From positions 1-52,639 of the IMG/VR virus record IMGVR_UViG_3300017740_000007: DNA of 52,639 nt; one strand, given 5' to 3'. Position 1 is the stretch's first letter. Every line of letters begins with the position of its first letter. Below, piece by piece: positions 1-7,690 of the stretch. Below the pieces are notes generated by a model. The model saw only the letters and a program-made list of their open reading frames with translations, ran no database searches and was not told where the DNA came from. The DNA comes from a virus. Lineage: Duplodnaviria; Caudoviricetes. Both the position numbers and the translations under genes were made by a program.

Positions 1-38
1 ACTACACTACCTCCGAACCATTCAACAATTTTTTTCAT
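1..38 (-). CDS. 5' fragment of an ORF downstream of the amidase (MKKIVEWFGGSV...), possibly a holin; runs off the window
   Basis: ATG at 38 overlaps the amidase 3' end; lysis context; only 12 codons visible. Confidence 0.35.
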   Translation of the reverse strand, partial: MKKIVEWFGGSV

Positions 39-459
39 ATTCCATTTCGCTTATGTACCTATACTCTTCGGTAGCATCAAAACTTGGACAAGCTTTATTA
101 GCAAAATCTCTATGACCGTGCACGACACTATCAGTATGTATGGCTTTTAAAGTTAGTAATAAAGACTCAAGACTGTCCACTTGCTCTTGAGTTCTAGTAT
201 CTTTTGGTGTTTTGCCGTCAGACTCAACCCCCCCAATATAACAAATTCCCAAACTGCTTCTATTGTACTGTTTACAATGAGCACCGGGAACATTATCTTC
301 TCTACCTTTTTTAATTGTACCGTCTAGGTAAATGACGTAATGGTATCCTACATCTCTCCAACCTCTTCCGTTAACGTGCCAATCTTTTATTGTATCTATT
401 GTAATGTGTTGACCTTCACGAGTTGCAGAGCAATGTACTATGAGTTTATCAATCTTCAT
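22..459 (-). CDS. N-acetylmuramoyl-L-alanine amidase endolysin (T7 lysozyme/Amidase_2-like)
   Basis: Motifs IVHCSAT, GWRDVGYHY, GAHC, GICYIGG, GHRD, KACPSFD. Confidence 0.92.
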   Translation of the reverse strand: MKIDKLIVHCSATREGQHITIDTIKDWHVNGRGWRDVGYHYVIYLDGTIKKGREDNVPGAHCKQYNRSSLGICYIGGVESDGKTPKDTRTQEQVDSLESLLLTLKAIHTDSVVHGHRDFANKACPSFDATEEYRYISEMEYEKNC

Positions 460-613
460 TTTTCTTTTTAGATTCTTTGTTTAGCAGGTACCACCTTTGT
501 GCCGTATACCCTACTGACAATATTAACAAAGTAATCTTTAATATCATATCTATATGCGACATCGAAATCGCAAGGGTACTTATATTCAATAAGTACATTT
601 TAATGTCACCCAT
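449..613 (-). CDS. Putative holin / small membrane protein, 54 aa (not in ORF track)
   Basis: Manual translation MGDIKMYLLNISTLAISMSHIDMILKITLLILSVGYTAQRWYLLNKESKKKNED: hydrophobic core, basic tail, overlaps the amidase start. Confidence 0.6.
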   Translation of the reverse strand: MGDIKMYLLNISTLAISMSHIDMILKITLLILSVGYTAQRWYLLNKESKKKNED

Positions 614-734
614 CCAATTATTTATCATTACTAATGTAGTTATACATTATCGTTACGTCATCTGCCATTGTAGATGATTGTGTCCAAAATGTTTTCATAT
701 TCTTATCGATATAGCTATTCCTAATGTCTGCATA

Positions 735-1241
735 TTACCAAAGTGCTACAATGTTTTTTGCATCTGTATTAGTTGACCATACTTGTTTTACTTGAATAGG
801 TACAAATCCTACAGGCATATTTTTAAAGGTAACCTTAGTCCCTGTAATTAACGTAACAGTTAAATCTCCTGCATCCCCTACATATAATACACAACCATTA
901 TTAGCATCGTGTACTCCACTATACATAACACTAGCAGGATAAATAATATAACTATTACCTACGTTTAGCATAATGTTTGCATTTAAAGTAAGTTGGTCAG
1001 GGGTGTCAACAGATACAACTGTAGCGGCAGTTCCTAAAGTCATATTATATACTATGTCTCCGGGTTTCACACCTTTTCTTATAAAATCTGCAAGTCCATT
1101 TTTGTCAATTAATTTATCAACTTCTACTAGAGTAGTTGAACCTTCGATTTCATTTTCTTTTAATACGGGGTATGGGACATTAGCAACGTCTGAAGGTAAT
1201 ACACCTAATGCTTTATATCCTTGTAATTTTTGATAACTCAT
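735..1241 (-). CDS. Putative virion-associated beta-rich protein
   Basis: C-terminus LYVGDAGDLTV...GFVPIQVKQVWSTNTDA.NIVALW resembles a common small phage protein family. Confidence 0.55.
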   Translation of the reverse strand: MSYQKLQGYKALGVLPSDVANVPYPVLKENEIEGSTTLVEVDKLIDKNGLADFIRKGVKPGDIVYNMTLGTAATVVSVDTPDQLTLNANIMLNVGNSYIIYPASVMYSGVHDANNGCVLYVGDAGDLTVTLITGTKVTFKNMPVGFVPIQVKQVWSTNTDAKNIVALW

Positions 1242-1246
1242 ATCTA

Positions 1247-1402
1247 TTATTTTTTATAAGGAAATTTGTCGTTCAACATTCTTTTCCTTTTTCCACACCC
1301 ACAGTCTTTATTTAATGCTTTTGCTCCTGCATCAACAATTTTTTTGATTCCGGTTGCAGTTGTTATTTTCTCTATTGTATCTCCTAAACCTTTTGATTTC
1401 AT
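1247..1402 (-). CDS. Small basic phage protein, 51 aa (MKSKGLGDTIEKITTATGIKK...DCGCGKRK)
   Basis: Manual translation; ATGA overlap with the upstream ORF. Confidence 0.7.
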   Translation of the reverse strand: MKSKGLGDTIEKITTATGIKKIVDAGAKALNKDCGCGKRKRMLNDKFPYKK

Positions 1403-1548
1403 TTTGATTCTTTTTTACACATACATTGTGCGACAGGACATTCGTTTACGTCAATGATTAATTTTGAAATTAACCAATTCCATTTACAACAAAGTTTACA
1501 CCAAACCTTTTGCATCCACATTCCTAACCTTACCAATAACTTACCCAT
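1399..1548 (-). CDS. Small Cys/Trp-rich protein, 49 aa
   Basis: Manual translation MGKLLVRLGMWMQKVWCKLCCKWNW...; fills the gap in the operon exactly. Confidence 0.55.
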   Translation of the reverse strand: MGKLLVRLGMWMQKVWCKLCCKWNWLISKLIIDVNECPVAQCMCKKESK

Positions 1549-1549
1549 C

Positions 1550-1750
1550 TTAAAAGTTATGTTTTACAACTTTAAGATTGTTGTTATGGTAACATCCTTG
1601 TGCAGAAGACTTGTTTCCTGAGTATGCTCTTTTACCTGAAGCTTTCTCCATCCCTTTAGATTCATCTCTACGAGATTTTAGTGATTGAGACTTCTTTCCG
1701 TTTCTTGCTCCTAAAGACTCATTGAGTCTTGAATTATATCCTTGTTTCAT
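1550..1750 (-). CDS. Small basic protein
   Basis: ORF track; promoter box at 1771-1778 just upstream. Confidence 0.65.
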   Translation of the reverse strand: MKQGYNSRLNESLGARNGKKSQSLKSRRDESKGMEKASGKRAYSGNKSSAQGCYHNNNLKVVKHNF

Positions 1751-1778
1751 TTTTAAATATTTTTATTCTACAAATATA

Positions 1779-2072
1779 CTAATATTTTCCTTGTCTATTT
1801 TTTGGTGAAGATTTTGTAGAACCACCCTTACCTGCCCATAGTTTTTTACAACTCCAATACCTAGCGGTTAGTTTAGACTTAGCAGTTCCGCACTTATGTC
1901 TAGCCTTAAAAGACTTTCTTGCAGCAGAAGAATAATTGTGACCGTAACCCTTTGCTCCAAAATGAATTAGCTTTTCTTTTCCATTCTCACAAGCCTTAAC
2001 CATTTTCTTTTTTCCGGGTCTCGTACTCGGTCTTACCGAATTACACTTCATATTTTTTTTACTTACTGCCAT
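1779..2072 (-). CDS. Basic phage protein of unknown function
   Basis: KKKMVK..IHFGAKGY...RKSFKARH..C...ARYWS pattern recurrent in aquatic viruses. Confidence 0.7.
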   Translation of the reverse strand: MAVSKKNMKCNSVRPSTRPGKKKMVKACENGKEKLIHFGAKGYGHNYSSAARKSFKARHKCGTAKSKLTARYWSCKKLWAGKGGSTKSSPKNRQGKY

Positions 2073-2182
2073 CTCTTTTATTTAATGAAGCCATTAGTTT
2101 TTTTAATTCTTTATAATTTTTCACCCAATCACTAGGAAGTCGGTTTCTATTATATTGGTCTACAAACCAAGCATTATCTCTT

Positions 2183-2455
2183 TTATCTTCTTTTTTTACT
2201 ATGTGCTGCACTTTTAATTAACCTTTCTTCCATTTTAGCAACCTTTATTTTAAGGTTGGTGTTTTCTATAATTAGTTCTTCTATCTTTAATTCTAATGAA
2301 TCAATCTTATCTTTCAACTCTGTAATTATCTTTAAAGATAATTTGTCAAGCTTATCTCCTTCTCTTTCATTTTGGTCCATCTTCTTTTTTATAATCGACC
2401 ATATTTCTTTTACACCGAAAGCAGATAATAATGCTATGAGTAATCCGTCTTCCAC
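2183..2455 (-). CDS. Membrane-anchored coiled-coil protein
   Basis: N-terminal hydrophobic helix followed by heptad repeats; GTG start overlaps the upstream TAG. Confidence 0.65.
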   Translation of the reverse strand: MEDGLLIALLSAFGVKEIWSIIKKKMDQNEREGDKLDKLSLKIITELKDKIDSLELKIEELIIENTNLKIKVAKMEERLIKSAAHSKKRR

Positions 2456-2697
2456 TATGCGTTTCTAACCTTTGCTTTCTTGGTATTAGATACGAATTGC
2501 TTAGAGAACCCTCCTTCTCTTTTTTTCTTTCTAGCAGTAGCTGCTCTTTCAGATTTACTTAATGATTTAGCTTTAGCTAATGGTAAACATCTGTCAGGAT
2601 TTTTTTTATTTTTACTTGTACCACAAGCACCTAAGATTGAACCATCAGTTCCAATCCTTACCCACTTCTGCTCTCTCCACTTCTTTAACTCACCCAT
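2455..2697 (-). CDS. Basic phage protein (DUF5872-like)
   Basis: LKKWREQKWV...RCLPLAKAKSLSKSERAATARKK. Confidence 0.6.
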   Translation of the reverse strand: MGELKKWREQKWVRIGTDGSILGACGTSKNKKNPDRCLPLAKAKSLSKSERAATARKKKREGGFSKQFVSNTKKAKVRNA

Positions 2698-2855
2698 TAC
2701 TTCTTTTTTCCTTTTGCACCCTTAGCATAGTTAGGGTCTTTACAATATTTACTTGCTGCCATATTAGCATAAGCAGATGGATATTTATCAAAAGTTCTTT
2801 TTGCCCAAGCTATACCTTTAGAACAAATCTTATTTCTTTTTTTTAATTTACTCAT
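2697..2855 (-). CDS. Small basic protein with YPSAYAN motif, 52 aa
   Basis: Manual translation; stop/start overlaps on both sides. Confidence 0.65.
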   Translation of the reverse strand: MSKLKKRNKICSKGIAWAKRTFDKYPSAYANMAASKYCKDPNYAKGAKGKKK

Positions 2856-2974
2856 CTTCCTTGTCCTCTATATTTTTTCTTATACTTGACTTGACCTTTA
2901 CTAGCATTCTTATTATGAGAATGAGATTTTCTTTTAGTCTTAGTATATGTTGATACGTTAGCTTTTCTAGCCAT
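2852..2974 (-). CDS. Very basic 40-aa peptide (...KYKKKYRGQGR)
   Basis: Manual translation; TAATG and ATGA overlaps. Confidence 0.6.
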   Translation of the reverse strand: MARKANVSTYTKTKRKSHSHNKNASKGQVKYKKKYRGQGR

Positions 2975-3102
2975 TACTTTTTATTTCCGCATTTAACATA
3001 TATACTATTTGCAATTTGTTTGTTAGATGGTAATCCAAATTTTTCAGGTTTACCCTTCATAACTTTGTTTGCTGCCGTAAAGTATGGTTTTAAATTTTTC
3101 AT
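2974..3102 (-). CDS. Small basic protein, 42 aa
   Basis: Manual translation MKNLKPYFTAANKVMKGKP...; TAATG overlaps on both sides. Confidence 0.55.
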   Translation of the reverse strand: MKNLKPYFTAANKVMKGKPEKFGLPSNKQIANSIYVKCGNKK

Positions 3103-3407
3103 TATGCTCTGTAGCTTCTGCCTTTTTTCTTTCTTGCCATACGAGTTCTTGTCTTACCTAAACCTGTTCCTCCAAATGCTAACTTACTACCGCTTGAAGT
3201 TCTTCTCTCTCCATTTGGTTTCTTTTCCCATTTAACTACATCGTTATTTTTGAAAGTACTTAAATCTGTAGTAGCCTTCTTAAGTTTCTCTGCTCTTGCT
3301 TTTGCTTTTTCAGCATTAGTCTTTTTATCAGACTCAGCAGCTTTATCTATCTTGGCTTTAGCTTGACAGTCTTTTAGTTTTTTTCCGGTTAATCCTTCAC
3401 AACTCAT
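3102..3407 (-). CDS. Lys-rich protein
   Basis: ORF track; first gene after the promoter at 3436-3443. Confidence 0.65.
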   Translation of the reverse strand: MSCEGLTGKKLKDCQAKAKIDKAAESDKKTNAEKAKARAEKLKKATTDLSTFKNNDVVKWEKKPNGERRTSSGSKLAFGGTGLGKTRTRMARKKKGRSYRA

Positions 3408-3424
3408 ATCGAAATATTTATTAT

Positions 3425-3443
3425 TATCTTTGCTACAAAGATA
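3425..3443. promoter_or_regulatory. Overlapping opposite-strand Bacteroidota -7 promoter elements (TATCTTTG cta CAAAGATA)
   Basis: Two TAnnTTTG boxes forming an inverted repeat between divergent ORFs 3407(-) and 3458(+). Confidence 0.7.
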
Positions 3444-3457
3444 TTAAATTTAATTGA

Positions 3458-3889
3458 ATGCCTGATTACTTGAAATATTGGAAGGTTGTTCGATATTACA
3501 TTAAGTCAAAATACGATTTAACTACCGCAGATTTAGATATGCTTATGTTTCTCAAGTCTGAGAAATACTTTAGCAAAGATGACTTTGATGAGTTCAATGA
3601 ACTACTTAGTTGGGATAAGAATAGGTTTGAAAGTTTAAGAGAGAGGGGATGGATAGAAGTGTTTAGAAAACGACACGGTAAAAAGAAAGCTATATACCAA
3701 CTCTCATATAAAGCAGCTAGAGTTATATCATCCGTTTATAAAAAACTAGAGGGTGAGGAAATATCTGAATCTAAATCAAACAATCCTCTCTTCCTAAAAA
3801 ACATAGGGTATATGGATACCGTGTTTAGGAATTATATAAAAAAGTTAAACAAGGCTATAAGACAACAACGACATCTCTCTCAGAAATAA
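3458..3889 (+). CDS. Putative winged-helix (MarR-like) DNA-binding protein
   Basis: LTTADLDMLMFL...LRERGWIE...IYQLS pattern; lone plus-strand gene in a minus-strand block. Confidence 0.55.
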   Translation: MPDYLKYWKVVRYYIKSKYDLTTADLDMLMFLKSEKYFSKDDFDEFNELLSWDKNRFESLRERGWIEVFRKRHGKKKAIYQLSYKAARVISSVYKKLEGEEISESKSNNPLFLKNIGYMDTVFRNYIKKLNKAIRQQRHLSQK

Positions 3890-4112
3890 CCGTATAGGTT
3901 TCTTCTTTAATTATCAATGTGTAACCTGCTCTTGAATCATAAAATATAATATCATCTGAATCAATAACACTTACATCAGTTCCGGGTGCTATTACTTTAC
4001 CTTTCTTATATCTAATGTTACTTGTGTCTTCCGCAGAAAGTAATAGACCTGATTCAGTCTTTACTTCTTCTTTGATTTCTTTTATTAAGATGTACTTACC
4101 TATTGGCTTCAT
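3855..4112 (-). CDS. groES: Co-chaperonin GroES (phage-encoded)
   Basis: MKPIGKYILI, KTESGLLL, GKVIAPG, ISERDVVVVL. Confidence 0.9.
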   Translation of the reverse strand: MKPIGKYILIKEIKEEVKTESGLLLSAEDTSNIRYKKGKVIAPGTDVSVIDSDDIIFYDSRAGYTLIIKEETYTVISERDVVVVL

Positions 4113-4257
4113 TATGTGTTCTCTGTTTTTTAGTTAGGTACTTATCTTCTTTTAAGTCCTTAATATAGAATCCTTTATTTTTTAACAACTTGATTGCTTT
4201 CTCAATCTTTCGTTGTTCTTGTCTATAGTGTTCAAATATTTGATTATAAATTGGCAT
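4096..4257 (-). CDS. Hypothetical 53-aa protein between groEL and groES
   Basis: Manual translation MPIYNQIFEHYRQEQRKIEKAIKLLKNKGF... Confidence 0.55.
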   Translation of the reverse strand: MPIYNQIFEHYRQEQRKIEKAIKLLKNKGFYIKDLKEDKYLTKKQRTHNEANR

Positions 4258-4272
4258 TGTATTAGTTTTAAA

Positions 4273-5868
4273 TTAATTTTTATCCTCGTAAGTCCTAGCC
4301 ATAGTTATAATAGCATTGGTAGAAAGAATTGTTACTGCTACAGACACTGCGTTCTGCAATGCCGACTTAGTTACTTTTAACGGGTCAATAACACCCAACT
4401 TATACATATCTCCCCACTTGCCTTCTTTTACATCGAACCCATTGTTGTATCCGATTTTGTTTATTTCAACAGAAGCCTCATATTGACCTTCATATTTTAT
4501 TCCTGCGTTCTCCCATATTTGTTTTAAAGGAGCACGAAGTGCTCTCGCTAAAATTTGTTTAGCTACAGTATCATCACCTATATTATAGGATTCCTGCATT
4601 AAAGCTGAACCACCACCCGGAAGTATACCTTCTTCTAAAGCTGAGCGTACTGCACATACTGCATCATCAATCCTATCATAAAGTTCTTTTTGTTCTAGGT
4701 CAGTTTGACCTCCAACATAAATAACACCTACACCACCTGTGAGTGTTGCAATCCTTGATAGTATAAACTCTGCATTGTTTTTATCTGATTCTCTTTTGTG
4801 TGCTTCTTTTAATTCTTTAATTCTTTTATAGATTTCGCCATCTCCAATAACATCATCTTTAATGATGACGGTTGAGTCACGACCAACTATCACCTTAGCA
4901 CAGTGACCCAAATCTTCTAACGTCATCAAGCTTAAATCATCACCGGTCTTTTCACTATAGTAAGTGGCACCAACACTTAAAGCAATGTCTTGCATTAGTT
5001 CGTGTTGTTTGTATCCAAATGATGGGGGTCCAATAGTACAAAGCTTTAATCCGTTCTTCATTACATTCGCAGCTAGAGTGTTTGTTACATTAGCTGAGGT
5101 TGGTGCAATAATTAATAATCTTTTGTTTTCTGAGATTACAGGTTTTAAAACATTCTCTATGTGTAGTAGGTTTTCAATAGGTGCATCACTAACTAGGATA
5201 TAACAATCTTCTAGTATACACTCATCTTTCTTTTGGTTGTTTACAAACAAAGGTGATTCATAACCTCTTTCAACCTTTAGTCCATTTGTAGATTCATAAT
5301 ATGTTTCTGATGTTTGAGACCTATCAATAGTAACCAATCCGTTTATACCTACCTTTTTATATACGTCTGATATAATAGCACCCAACTCTTTATCGTTGTT
5401 TGCTGATATAGTAGCAACGTCTTTTAATTTTTTTTGTGTAACTTTTGTCGATTTCTTTTTTAAGTTATCGCATACAGTTTCTGTTAGAGAAACTAATTCT
5501 CTTAATACTGATGTTTTATTTTCAGTTATAAGTTCTGCACCTGCTTTGACTAAAGCTTCTGTAAGAACAATTGCAGTTGTGGTTCCATCACCTGCTGAGG
5601 TTGCAGTTCTTTCTGCTGCCTCTTTCATCATCTTCACCGCAAGGTGCTCGGTGGGGTCTATAAGTGCAACTGACTTTGCAACTGTTACTCCGTCTTTAGT
5701 AACTGTTATTCCGTGTGTGTGTTGTGGGGATTCTATTAGAACGGTTTGACCGGCAGGTCCTAGTGTAGACTTTACTGCAGAAGATAATGTTTCAATTCCT
5801 TTGTATAATTTCTTTCTACCCTCTTCATCGAACAATAAGTTCTTTGGAGTATATCCTATATTAGACAT
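4273..5868 (-). CDS. groEL: Chaperonin GroEL (phage-encoded)
   Basis: VKSTLGP, VTKDGVTVAK, AGDGTTTA, EEGILPGGG, GVIDPLKV. Confidence 0.96.
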   Translation of the reverse strand: MSNIGYTPKNLLFDEEGRKKLYKGIETLSSAVKSTLGPAGQTVLIESPQHTHGITVTKDGVTVAKSVALIDPTEHLAVKMMKEAAERTATSAGDGTTTAIVLTEALVKAGAELITENKTSVLRELVSLTETVCDNLKKKSTKVTQKKLKDVATISANNDKELGAIISDVYKKVGINGLVTIDRSQTSETYYESTNGLKVERGYESPLFVNNQKKDECILEDCYILVSDAPIENLLHIENVLKPVISENKRLLIIAPTSANVTNTLAANVMKNGLKLCTIGPPSFGYKQHELMQDIALSVGATYYSEKTGDDLSLMTLEDLGHCAKVIVGRDSTVIIKDDVIGDGEIYKRIKELKEAHKRESDKNNAEFILSRIATLTGGVGVIYVGGQTDLEQKELYDRIDDAVCAVRSALEEGILPGGGSALMQESYNIGDDTVAKQILARALRAPLKQIWENAGIKYEGQYEASVEINKIGYNNGFDVKEGKWGDMYKLGVIDPLKVTKSALQNAVSVAVTILSTNAIITMARTYEDKN

Positions 5869-5891
5869 ATTGTATTTAATTTAAGTTTGCT

Positions 5892-5899
5892 CAAAGATA
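5892..5899 (-). promoter_or_regulatory. -7 promoter element for the groEL operon
   Basis: TATCTTTG on the minus strand, about 24 nt before the ATG. Confidence 0.65.
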
Positions 5900-6132
5900 C
5901 GAATTTATTTTATCTTAGCCTTATTATTCTTTATGTTTAACTTTCGTCTAAATTACAATATTGCAATAATTCTCTTTCTATATAGTAGTAGTAGTAGTAT
6001 TGAGACTTTAATATACTCTATCTATGATAGACTATTTTTTAACATTTCAACATAAAAAAAGATAAAGTATTAGTAATCAGTAAGTTAGAAAAAATAAAAT
6101 AACATATAAAATAACATTGATATGTTGAATAT

Positions 6133-6206
6133 GCACCTATAGCTTAATTGGATAAAGCAACTGCCTTCTAAGCAGTAGAGTCTAGGTTCGAGTCCTAGTA
6201 GGTGTA
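6133..6206 (+). tRNA. tRNA-Arg (anticodon TCT); CCA not encoded
   Basis: Acceptor GCACCTA/TAGGTGT, D arm GCTT/AAGC, anticodon arm ACTGC-CTTCTAA-GCAGT, T arm CTAGG-TTCGAGT-CCTAG. Confidence 0.95.
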
Positions 6207-6207
6207 C

Positions 6208-6237
6208 AAAAAAAAAGAGACGGTAATCAGCCGTCTC
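6208..6237 (-). terminator. Intrinsic terminator after ORF 6269-6463
   Basis: GAGACGG/CCGTCTC stem followed by a T-run on the minus strand. Confidence 0.75.
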
Positions 6238-6268
6238 CTTCCCTATCAATCAATCAAATCAAAATCAA

Positions 6269-6463
6269 CTACATTCTGTAGAAGCCTTTTCTGCCTTCAG
6301 CTAATTCAATTCCGTCTGCCATCATATCAACCTTCTTGGCTCTTCTAAATGACTTCTTTAATTGTGCTGCTTGAGCAATCCCTGTGATTCCGTCAGGTCT
6401 ATCGTTTATAAGTCTACCGTCTTTAACTCGTAGACCCCCCATACTTTGAAATTTCATTTTCAT
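6269..6463 (-). CDS. Hypothetical protein
   Basis: ORF flanked by a promoter box (6481-6488) and a terminator. Confidence 0.7.
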   Translation of the reverse strand: MKMKFQSMGGLRVKDGRLINDRPDGITGIAQAAQLKKSFRRAKKVDMMADGIELAEGRKGFYRM

Positions 6464-6651
6464 ATCTAATGCGTTTTGTACAAAGATACAAAAAATTTTA
6501 TCAGTTATATAGAACCATCAGGTAATATATAGTGCACGGCTGCGGCACCCCATTTGGAAACCGATATTTTTTTGGCAAACCGATTTCGTTTTTCTCGGTG
6601 CGGTCAGATTTTTTTAGCTTTTTGTTTGACTACCTGTCTACCTGTAGCGGC

Positions 6652-6683
6652 AACAGGGAACGAGTCACTGCTCGTTCTCTGTT
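6652..6683. other. 13-bp stem hairpin in the strand-switch region
   Basis: AACAGGGAACGAG-tcactg-CTCGTTCTCTGTT with one G-T pair. Confidence 0.7.
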
Positions 6684-6736
6684 ATACGTTTACCTTCCCC
6701 TAATCTCTAGCTATTTAGCTACGTTCTAAGCTACGT

Positions 6737-6752
6737 TTGTCTTCAAAGACAC
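6737..6752. repeat. 16-bp palindrome copy 1 (one mismatch)
   Basis: TTGTCTTCAAAGACAC, intergenic. Confidence 0.85.
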
Positions 6753-6917
6753 TTTTATAAACTAAAAAAGAAAACTTAATCTCTCAGAGAGTTAAGGTTG
6801 TGTCTGTGCGAAGATTTTAGTACTTAAACAAAACTTAGTAATTGTACGAGAATTTGACCGCCAACAGAGAGAACAAAAACTTTCTTAAGAATTAGACAAT
6901 AATTAAACTAAATTTAG

Positions 6918-6925
6918 TATATTTG
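6918..6925 (+). promoter_or_regulatory. First early promoter, -7 element
   Basis: TATATTTG upstream of ORF 7010. Confidence 0.65.
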
Positions 6926-7009
6926 TCTCAGAAAGGGGAGTTAAAAACAAGAGAAAACAACCCTAAGTCGCTGAGAGTCAGCGAGTTAAGTAACTAAAAA
7001 TCAAATAAA

Positions 7010-7654
7010 ATGAGTGAATTACTAAGTATCGAGTCAGCATTTCTGAATAGTTCGGAAATTAAGACTGCTCTTAATCTCACTGAAGTGAGACGAGTGCAAA
7101 GGAGCATAAACAATGCACACAAAACTAAATTCAATCACACTACGAAGTTATCGAAGTTGGTTGGGAATGCAGTTCGTTGGTTTGAATCTGAAGAGGGACA
7201 AGAGAAAATGCGTGAAGAGGGAATCGAATGGAGCAAAGCCGAATTCGGTCAGAAGACTTTCGGATATCAGAAATCGTTTTTCTACAAGCTAGTGAAAGTA
7301 GCTAACCTAGATGAAAGAATTCTAGATGCATTTAACCAAAAATGTGATGAGATTGGAACAGATGCAAATCGTTCAATTGCGGGTCTTCTTGAATTCTCAA
7401 GAAACATTGACCTTGATGCTATCGAAGTATCAGAGGATGCTACAGAAGAAGAAATTGCTCAAGCCGAGCAAGATGTTATCGAGTCTACTGAAGTTGAGCA
7501 AGAGAGACCAAATTTCTTGTTCGTAATGACTTACAAGAATCCTCAAGGAAATATCCTATCGGTTAGAATTGATGATAGCGGTAATGTTAGAGGAAATAAC
7601 CTAGAAGAAATTGCAAATGCAATTGAATTCTTACAACAATCAATTAATCAATAA
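7010..7654 (+). CDS. First early protein, possible HTH DNA-binding protein with acidic linker
   Basis: KAEFGQKTFGYQKSFFYKLVKVA is HTH-like; function not recognised. Confidence 0.6.
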   Translation: MSELLSIESAFLNSSEIKTALNLTEVRRVQRSINNAHKTKFNHTTKLSKLVGNAVRWFESEEGQEKMREEGIEWSKAEFGQKTFGYQKSFFYKLVKVANLDERILDAFNQKCDEIGTDANRSIAGLLEFSRNIDLDAIEVSEDATEEEIAQAEQDVIESTEVEQERPNFLFVMTYKNPQGNILSVRIDDSGNVRGNNLEEIANAIEFLQQSINQ

Positions 7655-7657
7655 TCA

Positions 7658-7673
7658 GTGTCTTCAAAGACAC
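7658..7673. repeat. 16-bp palindrome copy 2
   Basis: GTGTCTTCAAAGACAC, intergenic. Confidence 0.95.
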
Positions 7674-7690
7674 AAAAAACCACAGATAAA

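Noticed and set aside
6133-6206. Reading the tRNA as an amber suppressor (CTA in the loop) or evidence of recoding
   Set aside because: The loop CTTCTAA centres on TCT (Arg), and long genes are intact under the standard code.
4273-6206. groEL and tRNA as host chromosome flanking a prophage
   Set aside because: Phage-type genes lie on both sides, GroEL is divergent with reversed gene order, and no integrase or other housekeeping genes are present.
6532-6729. 65-aa ORF in the strand-switch region
   Set aside because: GTG start, atypical composition, overlaps hairpins and repeats.
7658-7690. ORF-track starts at GTG 7658, TTG 10367, TTG 13001, TTG 13793 and TTG 42945
   Set aside because: They lie in palindromes, promoter boxes or upstream genes; downstream ATGs have typical leaders, and the GATase requires Met-Cys at its N-terminus.
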